A stretch of 63,545 nucleotides of DNA, filler included, from Thermodesulfobacteriota bacterium (GCA_036381125.1; 7 parts of 7 records of this genome joined end to end with filler, not necessarily neighbours in it); one strand, 5' to 3'; positions 29,745 to 43,841 are shown, counted from the first letter of the whole stretch. Notes: generated from the letters alone by a model not told the origin. Numbers and translations: made by a program.

Positions 29745-31045
29745 CCCGGGAACTGATCGCCCTGCTCGATGGCCGCGAGGTCGGCCGCGTTCGGCGCGAC
29801 CGCCGCGGCCGCCTCTCGTTCGCCTACGATGACCGCTGGCGCGCCGCGCCTCGGGCGTACCCGCTCTCGCTCTCCATGCCGCTCGCCGCGGCTGAGCACG
29901 GCCACACCGTGGTCGAGAGTTTCCTCTGGGGGCTTCTGCCGGACAACCCCATCGTCCTCGAGCGCTGGGCGAAGCGCTTCCAGGTCTCGCCCAGGAACGC
30001 CTTCGCCTTGATCGCGAACGTCGGTGAGGACTGCGCCGGTGCGGTTCAGTTCGTCCGTCCGGAACGTCTCGAGTCGCTCCTCGCGGGGAAACCCGGAGAC
30101 ATCGCGTGGCTGGACGAGAAGGACATCGCGGCCCGGCTCAGGACCCTGCGCGCCGACCATGCCGCCTGGCGAAGCCCAGGCGATACGGGCCAGTTCAGCC
30201 TCGCTGGAGCGCAACCGAAAACCGCCCTGCTTTTCGAGGATGGCCGCTGGGGCGTTCCGTCCGGGCGCACACCTACGACACACATCCTCAAGCCGCCGAC
30301 CGGGGAGTTCGACGGGCACATCGAGAACGAGCACTTCTGCCTCAGCCTTGCGCGTGCCCTCGGCCTTCCGACCGCCGTCTCCCGGGTCATGCGCTTTGAG
30401 GACGAGATCGCCATCGTTGTGGAGCGCTACGACCGCGTCCGCACGCCGGCCGGTCTCGCACGTGTCCATCAGGAGGACACGTGCCAGGCGTTGGGACTGC
30501 CGCCAACGAAGAAGTACGAGAACGAAGGTGGACCCGGCGCGCGCGACATCGCCGGACTGCTCCGTCTTCACTCCCGATCACGCGACGAGGACGTCGCGAC
30601 GTTCGTCGATGCGCTCGCCTTCAACTGGTTGATCGCGGGCACCGACGCCCATGCCAAGAACTATTCGCTCCTGATCGGCAGCGCCGGAGGGGTGCGTCTC
30701 GCGCCCCTCTACGACCTCGCCAGCGCGCTGCCTTACGGCGATCTCGATCCTTACCGGCTGACGCTCGCCATGAAAGTCGGCGGCACGGATCGCCTGCGTG
30801 ACATCGGCGCCCGAGACTGGCAAAGGCTCGCGCGAGAGCTGCGCCTCGATCCGGATGCCGTCGTCTCGCGGATCGACGGGCTCGCCAGCCGGCTCCCCGA
30901 TCTTGCCGCCGACACGAGGCGAGAGGCGCTGGACCAGGGCCTCGCCCACCCGATCGTCGCCAGGCTCGCCGAGGCCGCGGCGGCACGTGCGCGCGAGTGT
31001 CGAGCCGTGCTGCACATGGGTGGCGGGCCCGTCGACGCCCCGTGA
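29741..31045 (+). CDS. hipA: HipA serine/threonine kinase toxin
   Basis: LSLSMP, WGLLPDN, FSLAGAQPK, THILKP, GTDAHAKNYS, LAPLYD. Confidence 0.95.
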   Translation: MTRELIALLDGREVGRVRRDRRGRLSFAYDDRWRAAPRAYPLSLSMPLAAAEHGHTVVESFLWGLLPDNPIVLERWAKRFQVSPRNAFALIANVGEDCAGAVQFVRPERLESLLAGKPGDIAWLDEKDIAARLRTLRADHAAWRSPGDTGQFSLAGAQPKTALLFEDGRWGVPSGRTPTTHILKPPTGEFDGHIENEHFCLSLARALGLPTAVSRVMRFEDEIAIVVERYDRVRTPAGLARVHQEDTCQALGLPPTKKYENEGGPGARDIAGLLRLHSRSRDEDVATFVDALAFNWLIAGTDAHAKNYSLLIGSAGGVRLAPLYDLASALPYGDLDPYRLTLAMKVGGTDRLRDIGARDWQRLARELRLDPDAVVSRIDGLASRLPDLAADTRREALDQGLAHPIVARLAEAAAARARECRAVLHMGGGPVDAP

Positions 31046-31126
31046 CGCCGGGTCGCGCCCCCTGGCCCTCGCACGCGCCCCGATGGAAACCGGCCGCCCT
31101 CCATCGCGGTTCGTATATGATGGGCG

Positions 31127-31810
31127 GTGTCGATGCTGGATCTCAACACCTTCTCGATCGTGGCGCGCGACCCGCGCACGGGCGACCTCGGCGTCGCCGT
31201 GGCGACGGCTCGGCCCGCGGTCGGAAGCCTGGTTCCGTGGGTGTCGACGCAGGGCGCCATCGCCACCCAGGCGCGGACCAACACCGATCACGGCCGCCGC
31301 GGCCTCGCCCTCCTCGCCGCAGGCCTCCCCATCGACCTCGCGCTCTCGACCCTCCTCGCCCACGACCCCGACCACGACATCCGCCAGGTCCACGGCGTCG
31401 ATGCCGAACGGGTGTTCGCCTACACCGGCGCCCGGTGCGTCCCCTGGTGCGGCCACCGGACCGGCCCCGACTTCAGCGTCGCGGGGAACATGCTCGTCGG
31501 CCCGGAGGTGCTCGACGCCATGGTGGAGACGTTCACCCGGAACGGAGGCCCGGTCGAGCTGTCCGAGCGCCTCCTCCGGAGCCTCGAGGCCGGTCAGGCG
31601 GCCGGGGGCGACAGGCGGGGGAAGCAGTCCGCCGCGCTCCTCGTGGCGAGCGCCGCGCCCGAGGGGTACCACAACCTCCGCGTCGACGACCACGCGGAGC
31701 CGGTGGCGGAGCTGCGCCGGATCTACGACCTGGTCGCCGCGCACGCGCGGAAGGTCGAGCAGGAGTACGGGGCCGAGGGGCGCCGACTCTTCGGCCGGGT
31801 GAAGCTCTGA
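31127..31810 (+). CDS. DUF1028 family protein (Ntn-hydrolase-like)
   Basis: TFSIVARD..TGDLGVAV, AIATQA, AGGDRRGKQSAAL, LRVDDH..PVAEL. Confidence 0.9.
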   Translation: MSMLDLNTFSIVARDPRTGDLGVAVATARPAVGSLVPWVSTQGAIATQARTNTDHGRRGLALLAAGLPIDLALSTLLAHDPDHDIRQVHGVDAERVFAYTGARCVPWCGHRTGPDFSVAGNMLVGPEVLDAMVETFTRNGGPVELSERLLRSLEAGQAAGGDRRGKQSAALLVASAAPEGYHNLRVDDHAEPVAELRRIYDLVAAHARKVEQEYGAEGRRLFGRVKL

Positions 31811-31828
31811 GACGAAGGAGGTGGCCCG

Positions 31829-33340
31829 ATGCGCTCGTCACGCCTGGCCCTGGCCCTGGTGGCGATTCTCGCGGTCGCGCCCGGGGCATTCGCGCAAGTC
31901 AAGGGCGGCACCATCCGGATCGGGATGGACGCCGACAACACCACCATGGACCCCCACCTCTCCACCGCCGCGGTCGATCGACAGGTCTACAACAACGTCT
32001 ACGCCAAGCTGGTCGACATCGACGCGAAGCTCGAGATCGTGCCGCAGCTCGCCGAGTCGTGGGACATCCGTGACGGCGGCACGACGTACGTCTTCAAGCT
32101 CCGGCGCGGCGTCACGTTCCACGACGGCACCGACTTCGACGCGAGCGTCGTCAAGTGGAACTTCGACCGGATGATGAACCCCGCCACCGCCTCCCCGCGC
32201 AGGAGCGAGATCGCGCCGGTCAAGGAGGTGAGGGTCGTCGACCGGCACACGGTCGAGATCAGGCTCACCGCCCCCTTCGCGCCGTTCCTCTCGGTGCTCT
32301 CCGACCGCGCCGGCATGATGGTGTCGAGGGCGGCCGTCGAGAAGTACGGCGCCGACTACGCCCGCAACCCGGTCGGCGCCGGCCCTTTCCGCTTCGTCGA
32401 GTGGGTCAAGGACGACCACCTCACGCTGCGCCGCTTCGACGGCTACTGGGAAAAGGACCGCCCGTACCTCGACGAGATCGTCTACCGCCCGATCCCCGAC
32501 TCGTCGGTCCGCTTCACCGCCATGCGGACCGGCCAGATCGACGTCATGCACCAGATCCACCCGAAGGACGTCTCGGCGGCCATGGCCGAGCGGGGGCTCA
32601 CCGTGTCGCAGATCCCGAGCCTCTGGTGGCAGGGGATCTACCTCAACACCCGGGTCGCGCCGTTCGACGTGAAGGCGCTGCGGCAGGCGATCTGGTACGC
32701 GATCGACCGGTCGGTGATCCACCGGGTCGTCTGGTACGGCAACGGCGCCGTCGCGTTCAGCCCCTTCCCGCCGAGCCAGTGGGCGCACGACCCGGAGTTC
32801 GCCGACTGGAAGCGCGACGTGGCGAAGGCGAAGGCCAAGCTCGCCGAAGGGGGGATGCCGAACGGCTTCGGCTTCACGATGAAGGGCTGGAACCAGCCGG
32901 TCCAGATCCAGGAGCTGCAGATCATCCAGGCGCAGCTCAGGGAGATCGGCGTCGACATGAAGGTGGAGCTGCTCGAGTTCGGCAAGCTCCTCGCCGACAC
33001 GAACAGCCACAACTTCGTCGCCGTGCGGCTCGGCTGGTCGGGGCGGCCCGACCCCGACGGCAACGCCCACCCCTTCCTCCATTCGAAGGGGGGGCTCAAC
33101 CGGGCGCGCTACGCCAACCCCCGCATGGACGAGCTGCTCGACGCGGCGCGCGTCGCATCCGACCTCGGCACGCGCAAGGGCCTCTACCGCGAGGTCACCC
33201 GGATCGCCGCCGAGGACGCCCCGTACGTCTGGCTCCACCACGACCCGGAGATCAAGGTCTGGTCGGCGCGCGTCAAGGGCTTCGAGCACGTCCCCGACGG
33301 GATGCTGCGCATGAAGGGGGTCTGGCTCGAGACGCGCTAG
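31829..33340 (+). CDS. Peptide/nickel ABC transporter substrate-binding protein (SBP family 5)
   Basis: Signal peptide; PQLAESW..YVFKLRRGVTFHDG, PVGAGPF. Confidence 0.93.
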   Translation: MRSSRLALALVAILAVAPGAFAQVKGGTIRIGMDADNTTMDPHLSTAAVDRQVYNNVYAKLVDIDAKLEIVPQLAESWDIRDGGTTYVFKLRRGVTFHDGTDFDASVVKWNFDRMMNPATASPRRSEIAPVKEVRVVDRHTVEIRLTAPFAPFLSVLSDRAGMMVSRAAVEKYGADYARNPVGAGPFRFVEWVKDDHLTLRRFDGYWEKDRPYLDEIVYRPIPDSSVRFTAMRTGQIDVMHQIHPKDVSAAMAERGLTVSQIPSLWWQGIYLNTRVAPFDVKALRQAIWYAIDRSVIHRVVWYGNGAVAFSPFPPSQWAHDPEFADWKRDVAKAKAKLAEGGMPNGFGFTMKGWNQPVQIQELQIIQAQLREIGVDMKVELLEFGKLLADTNSHNFVAVRLGWSGRPDPDGNAHPFLHSKGGLNRARYANPRMDELLDAARVASDLGTRKGLYREVTRIAAEDAPYVWLHHDPEIKVWSARVKGFEHVPDGMLRMKGVWLETR

Positions 33341-33358
33341 CGACGCCGGGACGCCGCC

Positions 33359-34303
33359 GTGCTGACCTTCGTGGGGCGCCGTCTGCTCGCGACGGTGCCC
33401 CTGCTCCTCCTGGTGAGCGTCGTGGTGTTCGCCTTCGTGCACGTGCTGCCGGGCGACCCCGCCCTGCTCTTCCTCGGCGAGGAGGCCGACCCGGCGACGC
33501 TCGCCCGATTCCGCGAGCGGCTCGGCCTCGACCGCCCGCTCGTCGTCCAGTACGCGGCGTGGCTCGGCCGCGCGCTCACGGGGGACCTCGGCCGGTCGCT
33601 GCGCACCAATCAGCCGGTCACGGAGGCGATCCTCGATCGGCTCCCGGTCACCCTCGAGCTGCTCGCCTTCTCGCTCGCCGTGGCGCTGGCGATCGCCGTT
33701 CCGCTCGGCATCGTCTCGGCCGTCCGCCGCAACTCCGGCGTCGACCTCGCGAGCACCGTGTTCGCGCTCGGCGGCTTCTCGCTGCCCGGCTTCTGGCTCG
33801 GCATCGTGCTGATCTACGTCTTCGGCCTCCTGCTCCGGTGGCTCCCCTCGTCGGGCTTCGTCCCGCTCGGCGAGAGCGTGCCGGAGAACCTGCGGTCGCT
33901 CGTCCTGCCGGCCTTCACGCTCGGCACCGCGCTCGCGGCGCTCGTCACGCGCCAGCTCCGCTCGGGCATGCTCGAGGTGCTCCGGCAGGACTTCGTGCGC
34001 ACGGCGCGCGCCAAGGGCCTCGACGAGCGGCGCGTGGTCGGCCGGCACGCCCTCAAGAACGCGCTGATCCCGGTCGTCACGGTCGTCGGCCTCCAGGTCG
34101 GGCAGCTCCTCGGCAACACGATCGTCACCGAGACGCTCTTCGCCCTCCCGGGCGTCGGCCGCCTCATGATCGACGCCATCTTCAGCCGGGACTTCTTCGT
34201 GGTGCAGGGGGTGATCCTGTTCCTCGCGGTCGGCTACGTGCTGTCGAACCTCGTCGTGGACGTCCTCTACTCCTACCTCGACCCGCGGATCCGCCTCGGC
34301 TGA
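33359..34303 (+). CDS. Peptide ABC transporter permease (DppB-like)
   Basis: LPGDPA, RLPVTLEL, FVRTARAKGL, HALKNAL, LDPRI. Confidence 0.94.
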   Translation: MLTFVGRRLLATVPLLLLVSVVVFAFVHVLPGDPALLFLGEEADPATLARFRERLGLDRPLVVQYAAWLGRALTGDLGRSLRTNQPVTEAILDRLPVTLELLAFSLAVALAIAVPLGIVSAVRRNSGVDLASTVFALGGFSLPGFWLGIVLIYVFGLLLRWLPSSGFVPLGESVPENLRSLVLPAFTLGTALAALVTRQLRSGMLEVLRQDFVRTARAKGLDERRVVGRHALKNALIPVVTVVGLQVGQLLGNTIVTETLFALPGVGRLMIDAIFSRDFFVVQGVILFLAVGYVLSNLVVDVLYSYLDPRIRLG

Positions 34304-34304
34304 C

Positions 34305-35147
34305 ATGGAGGGCGCCGGACCGTACGCCGCCGCGCTGGCCAGGTTTCGGAAGAGCCCGGTGGGCCTCGTCGGCGCCGGGCTCGTGGCGGCGTTCGTCGCG
34401 GCCAGCCTCCTCGCGCCGCTCCTCTCGCCGTACGATCCCCTCGCCCCCGACTTCGCGGCCGTCCTCGCGCCTCCGTCCCTCGCGCACCCGTTCGGCACCG
34501 ACGACCTCGGCCGTGACATCCTGAGTCGAGTCCTCCACGGCGGGCGGGTCTCCCTCCAGGCGGGGCTCCTGACGGTGGCGTTCGCGCTGGCGGTCGGGGT
34601 GCCGCTCGGGCTCGCGGCCGGCTTCTTCGGCGGGCGGGTCGACAACCTCGTCATGCGGGGGATCGAGGTCGTCCTCTCCTTCCCCACCCTCGTGCTCGCA
34701 CTCGGCATCACGGCCGTGCTCGGGCCGAAGCTGATCCACGCGCTCCTCGCGATCGGGATCGTCTTCGTGCCGCACTTCGCCCGGCTGATCCGCGGCCAGG
34801 TCCTGTCGGTGAAGGAGAACGACTACGTGAGCGCGGCGCGCGCGCTCGGCGCCTCGGACCCCCGCGTCATGGGGCTCCACGTCCTGCCGAACTGCCTCGC
34901 GCCGATCCTCGTGCAGTCGACCTTCTCGGTGGCGCTCGGCATCCTCATCGAGGCCGCGCTCTCGTTCCTGGGCCTGGGGACCCAGCCCCCCACGCCGAGC
35001 TGGGGGATCATGCTCTCGACCGGCCGCGCCTACCTCGAGCAGGCTCCCTGGCTCGGCCTGTTCCCCGGGCTGGCCGTCTTCGCGACCGTGCTCGGCTTCA
35101 ACATGCTCGGCGACGGGATCCGCGACGCCCTCGACCCGAGGCTGTGA
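34305..35147 (+). CDS. Peptide ABC transporter permease (DppC-like)
   Basis: HPFGTDDLGRD, AARALGA, EAALSFLGLG, GDGIRDALDPR. Confidence 0.94.
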   Translation: MEGAGPYAAALARFRKSPVGLVGAGLVAAFVAASLLAPLLSPYDPLAPDFAAVLAPPSLAHPFGTDDLGRDILSRVLHGGRVSLQAGLLTVAFALAVGVPLGLAAGFFGGRVDNLVMRGIEVVLSFPTLVLALGITAVLGPKLIHALLAIGIVFVPHFARLIRGQVLSVKENDYVSAARALGASDPRVMGLHVLPNCLAPILVQSTFSVALGILIEAALSFLGLGTQPPTPSWGIMLSTGRAYLEQAPWLGLFPGLAVFATVLGFNMLGDGIRDALDPRL

Positions 35148-35204
35148 GCCGGGCGCTCGCGCCGCTCGAGCGCGAGCGGGAGGCCCCGACCATGCGCGGA
35201 CCTC

Positions 35205-35720
35205 CTACTGCCTCAGGACGCCGTACCGCTCCACGACGAAGACCCCCTGCCGAGGGATCCCCGCGATCCAGATCGACTTGCCCATGAGGCTCGTGAGCGA
35301 GGGGAGCATGGGGCCGGCGAGCGCCACCCGCTGGTCGTCGCGATCGAGCTGGACGAGGATGAGGTCGGGCCCCTCCCAGGCGAGCCGCCCCACGAGCGCC
35401 GGCCTGCCGCCGACCTCGACGAGCCGGTACGCGTGGAGGGCGAAGGTGCCCGGCTCCCGCTCGCCGCGCGGCAGCCGCGGGTCGCCGAGGCCGCGCACCT
35501 CGACCAGCGCCCGGTCGAGTTCCCTGAGGTCGCTCACCATCGGCCCCTCGAGCCTCCAGCGGCCCTCCTTCGGGTCCTCGAGGTAGACGACGGCCGGCGT
35601 CGACGTCCGATCGAGCGTCACCGTCCCTCGAAGGCTCGAGATGAGACCGGCGTCGCCGAAGCTGGCGCAGCCGGAGAGCACCACGGCGGCGAGGAGGGCG
35701 CCGAAGACCTGGCGTGTCAT
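35205..35720 (-). CDS. Hypothetical lipoprotein
   Basis: Lipobox VLSGC after a hydrophobic stretch; GGAGG RBS. Confidence 0.7.
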   Translation of the reverse strand: MTRQVFGALLAAVVLSGCASFGDAGLISSLRGTVTLDRTSTPAVVYLEDPKEGRWRLEGPMVSDLRELDRALVEVRGLGDPRLPRGEREPGTFALHAYRLVEVGGRPALVGRLAWEGPDLILVQLDRDDQRVALAGPMLPSLTSLMGKSIWIAGIPRQGVFVVERYGVLRQ

Positions 35721-36010
35721 GCGTTCCTCCGCGTTGACGAGGGCGTGACTCTATAGCACGGCCGCACGCACGCTGACAAAGGAAAAGCTCGGCTGGCGCG
35801 GAAGCGGGGCCCGACTCGCCCGGCCGGCGCCGGCGCCGCCGACGTACGGCTCGATCGGAGCGGCGCCGGCGCGACCGGCGCCGGACCGATCTCGCGCGCG
35901 AAGTGTGGGCCCGCTCTCCGATCCGCCTCGCGAGGCGTGCCAGAATCGGGATACGGCTCGCCGGGGAGGCCCGCCGGCGCGGCGCGCGAGCCCGCCCGGA
36001 GAGGTGCGTC

Positions 36011-37531
36011 GTGCGCGTGCTGCTCGTCCATCCGAGCCCGCTCCTCTACTCGGAGATCTACCTGCGGCTCGAGCCGCTCGGCCTCGAGCGGGTGGCGTCG
36101 GCGCTGCGGGCGGCCGGCCACGACGTGCGGATCCTCGACCTGCAGGTCTTCTCCCATCGCGACTACCAGCGCGAACTCGAGGTCGCCCGTCCCGACGCGG
36201 TCGGCTTCTCGGTCAACTACCTCGCCAACGTGCCCGAGGTCATCGACCTCGCGGTCGAGGCCCGGCGCCGGCTCCGCGACGTCTTCGTGTTCGTGGGGGG
36301 CCACAGCGCCTCGTTCGTCACGCCCGAGATCCTCGAGCACGCCCGCGGGGCGATCGACTGCGGCGTGCGGGGCGAGGGCGAGGTGACCGCCCCGAGCCTC
36401 CTCGAGGCCATCGGCGACCCGCGGCTTGCGTCGCTGCCGGGCGTGGTGACCCGCCACGGCGCCGGCCCCCCTCCGGCCCTCCTGGACAGCCTCGACCGCC
36501 ACCCGCCGGCGCGGGACCTGACGCGCCGCCGCCGGCGGTACTTCATCGGCGTCCTCGACCCCTGCGCCTCCGTGGAGTTCACGCGCGGCTGCCCGTGGGA
36601 CTGCTCGTTCTGCAGCGCCTGGACCTTCTACGGCCGGAGCTACCGGCGGGCCTCGCCGGAGGCGGCGGCCGACGACCTGGCGCGCATCCGGGAGCCGAAC
36701 GTCTTCGTCGTGGACGACGTCGCGTTCATCCAGCCGGCGCACGGCTTCGCCATCGGGCGCGAGATCGAGCGGCGGGGAGTTCGCAAGCAGTACTATCTCG
36801 AGACGCGGTGCAACGTCCTCCTCCAGAACCGCGAGGTCTTCGCGTACTGGAAGCGGCTCGGGCTCCGCTACATGTTCCTCGGCCTCGAGGCGCTCGACGA
36901 GGAGGGGCTCAGGCTCCACCGGAAGCGGATCACGCCGGGCGAGAACTTCCGCGCCCTCGAGGTCGCACGCGAGCTGGGGATCACGGTCGCCGTGAACCTC
37001 ATCGCCGAGCCGGACTGGGACGAGGCCCGGTTCGCGGCGGTACGCGAGTGGGCGCTCGACGTGCCGGAGATCGTCCACCTCACGGTGAGCACCCCGTACC
37101 CGGGGACCGAGACCTGGCTCACCGAGGCCCGAACGCTCACGACGCTCGACTACCGGCTCTTCGACGTCCAGCACGCCGTCCTGCCGACCCGGCTGCCGCT
37201 GCACCGCTTCTACGAGGAACTGGTCCGCACCCAGGCCGTGCTGAGCCGCAAGCACCTCGGCTTCGCGGCGATCCGCAAGACCGCGTCGATCGCCCTCGGT
37301 CTCCTCGCGCGCGGCCAGACGAACTTCCTGCGGATGCTCTGGCGGTTCGACCGCGTGTACAACGCCGACCGGCAGCACGGCGACCACTTCCGCCCGGTGC
37401 GCTACGCGATGCACCCGCCCCCCGTCCCGGCCGGGTCGCGGCCGGGTCCGGCCCAGCTCTACATCCACCAGCCGACGCCATCCGAGCGCCGGGCGGCCGG
37501 AACGTCCCGTCCCGCCAGCTCGCGGACATAG
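36011..37531 (+). CDS. hpnR: Hopanoid C-3 methylase (B12-binding radical SAM)
   Basis: VLLVHPSPLLYSEIYLRLEPLGLE N-terminus, B12-binding domain, RGCPWDCSFC, LFDVQHAVLPTRLPL; GAGG RBS before GTG. Confidence 0.88.
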   Translation: MRVLLVHPSPLLYSEIYLRLEPLGLERVASALRAAGHDVRILDLQVFSHRDYQRELEVARPDAVGFSVNYLANVPEVIDLAVEARRRLRDVFVFVGGHSASFVTPEILEHARGAIDCGVRGEGEVTAPSLLEAIGDPRLASLPGVVTRHGAGPPPALLDSLDRHPPARDLTRRRRRYFIGVLDPCASVEFTRGCPWDCSFCSAWTFYGRSYRRASPEAAADDLARIREPNVFVVDDVAFIQPAHGFAIGREIERRGVRKQYYLETRCNVLLQNREVFAYWKRLGLRYMFLGLEALDEEGLRLHRKRITPGENFRALEVARELGITVAVNLIAEPDWDEARFAAVREWALDVPEIVHLTVSTPYPGTETWLTEARTLTTLDYRLFDVQHAVLPTRLPLHRFYEELVRTQAVLSRKHLGFAAIRKTASIALGLLARGQTNFLRMLWRFDRVYNADRQHGDHFRPVRYAMHPPPVPAGSRPGPAQLYIHQPTPSERRAAGTSRPASSRT

Positions 37532-37550
37532 GCACGGCGCCCCGCCCGGC

Positions 37551-37649
37551 GGGGTCAGGTCTTTCCATTTTCCAGGGGGTCTGACCCCGCTCGTTTTCCA
37601 GGGGGTCAGGTCTTTCCGTTTTCCATGGGGTCAGGTCTTGCCGTTTTCC
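37551..37649. repeat. Tandem array of 4 GGGGTCAGGTCT-N5-TTTTCC units
   Basis: Units start at 37551, 37576 (variant GGGGTCTGACCCC), 37602 and 37627. Confidence 0.92.
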
Positions 37650-37822
37650 AGACACGGTCGAGCCCCTGCCCCCGGTCGATCCGCCGCCGGGGGATCGGCC
37701 GGAGCCGCCCGGCCGCCGCGAGTTGCCGGCGCGCCGACAGCGTGGGTACGAATTCGGGTACAGGAGGGGAAGACGGCGCCCGGGGCCGCGCGACCCGCGG
37801 CCCCGGGCGTCCGGGGCAGGGC

Positions 37823-39262
<1,440 letters not shown>

Positions 39263-39296
39263 GCCGTGTGTGCCCCCGTTGGTCCTGTCGGTATGC

Positions 39297-39973
<677 letters not shown>

Positions 39974-39991
39974 GACAGGACGGCGCCGGGG

Positions 39992-40091
39992 NNNNNNNNN
40001 NNNNNNNNNNNNNNNNNNNNNNNNNNNNNNNNNNNTTAATTAATTAANNNNNNNNNNNNNNNNNNNNNNNNNNNNNNNNNNNNNNNNNNNN
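39992..40091. other. Assembly linker
   Basis: N44-TTAATTAATTAA-N44. Confidence 0.99.
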
Positions 40092-42092
<2,001 letters not shown>

Positions 42093-42100
42093 GGACCGGG

Positions 42101-42226
42101 CTACCGTAGTCGGCCGAGGTCGAGGTTCAGCTCCTCGAGCCGCATCAGGGCGACGCCGACCCGCTCGGTCTCCTCCGGCGAGAGGGTGCCGGCCGGCACG
42201 AAGCCGTAGACGTAGAGCAGGCTCAC
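42101..42226 (-). pseudogene. Fused gas-vesicle gene remnant (GvpL/F N-terminus + GvpK C-terminus)
   Basis: VSLLYVYGFVPA + GTLSPEETERVGVALMRLEE + LNLDLGRLR*. Confidence 0.6.
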
Positions 42227-42305
42227 CGGGCCCGCGCGGGCCGGCCCCCTCCGGCACGGCGCGGCCGACCACCGTGCTCCGCCGGCCGAAGACGGTCGGC
42301 CGACG

Positions 42306-43741
42306 TCACGCGGCACGCTCGCCGGCGTTCACGCCGGGAATCCGCACGACGAAGACGCTGCCGCGCCCGAGCCCCTCGCTCTCCGCCCAGATCCGCCCGC
42401 CGTGCAGCATCACGATCTGGCGGCAGATCGCCAGCCCGAGCCCGGCCCCGCGCCGGCGTCGCGGCCGCTCGTCGGCGGCGACGCGGCGCGCCTGGTAGAA
42501 GGGCTCGAAGATGCGCTCCAGCTCGTCCGCGTCGATCCCCTCGCCGGTATCCCGGACTCGAACCACCGCCGCTCCTCCCTCCACGCACGCGCTGACCTGC
42601 ACGCGCCCCCCCACCGGCGTGAACTTCACCGCGTTGACGAGGAGGTTGGTGAACACCTGCTCGAGCTTGAGGCGGTCGCCCAGGACCGGACGGCTCGCGC
42701 CGGGCGCGATGTCGAGCGTGACCCCCTTTTCCCGGGCCTGCGCCGCCACCACGTCGGCGCTCGACGCGAGGACGGCCCCCAGGTCCACCGGGGCGAGCGC
42801 CAGGTGCTCCTGGCCGGCGGCCAGCTTCGACGCGTCGAGGAGGTCCTCGATGAGGGCGGCCATCTGCTCGAGGTTGCGCACCGCCACGGCGATCAGGGCG
42901 TCGGGCGGCTCCTTGAGGCTGCCCGCCACCGCCTTCCGGAGCAGGCGGACGTTGCCGAGCGCGGAGGTGAGCGGCGTGCGCAGCTCGTGCGAGGCGCGCG
43001 CGAGGAAGGCGTCTCGGCTGCGGATCGCCCCCTGCGCCTGGCGGATCGCCTCCTGTGCCGCCCGGAAGAGGCGAGCGTTGTCCACCGCCACCGCCGCCCG
43101 CTGCGCCAGCTCCGTGGCGAGCTGGAGGTCCTCGGAACCGTACCGCCGGCTCGACGACAGGAAGGTGACGACGCCGACGGTCCGCCCCCGGGCGACGAGG
43201 GGCACCGCCATGCAGGACACGAGACCGAGCCGCCTGAGGAGGTCGAGCTGCCGCGCGTCCTGGCTCACCGACTCCATCCAGACGTCGGTCACGTCGGGCA
43301 CCAGCTCCGGCTTGCCGCTGTGGAAGGCCGCGACGGCCGGGCGCGGGCCGTGGACCTCGTCGGATCCCGCGTGGAGCGCCTGGAGGAGCGCCTCGCGAGC
43401 CGGGTCGACGTGCGCCGCGGCGAACGGCCGCGTGGCGTGGTCGGGGTCCGCGAGGTCGACCAGGCAGCCGTCGGCCAGCACGGGTACGACCAGATGCGCC
43501 ACGGCGCGCAGCGTCGCCTCGTAATCGAGGGAGGCGCCGATCTGCGTGCTCGCGCCCGCGAGGAACGCCAGGCGGTCGCGCGCGGCGCGGGCCTCGGCGA
43601 CCGCCCGGCTCTCACGGTCGCGCGCGGCCTCGAGCCTCGCCGCCATGGCGTTCACGTGGTCGGCGAGCTGACCGATCTCGTTGCGGGCGTCCACCTGGAC
43701 CCGATGCGCCAGCTCGCCGCGGCTGAGGGCCGTGACGCCCT
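42306..43741 (-). CDS. HAMP-GAF sensor histidine kinase (5' end cut by gap)
   Basis: NEIGQLADHVNAM HAMP, GAF, ASHELRTPL, NAVKFT, DTGEG, GAGLGL. Confidence 0.9.
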
Positions 43742-43841
43742 NNNNNNNNNNNNNNNNNNNNNNNNNNNNNNNNNNNNNNNNNNNNTTAATTAATTAANNN
43801 NNNNNNNNNNNNNNNNNNNNNNNNNNNNNNNNNNNNNNNNN
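43742..43841. other. Assembly linker
   Basis: N44-TTAATTAATTAA-N44. Confidence 0.99.
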
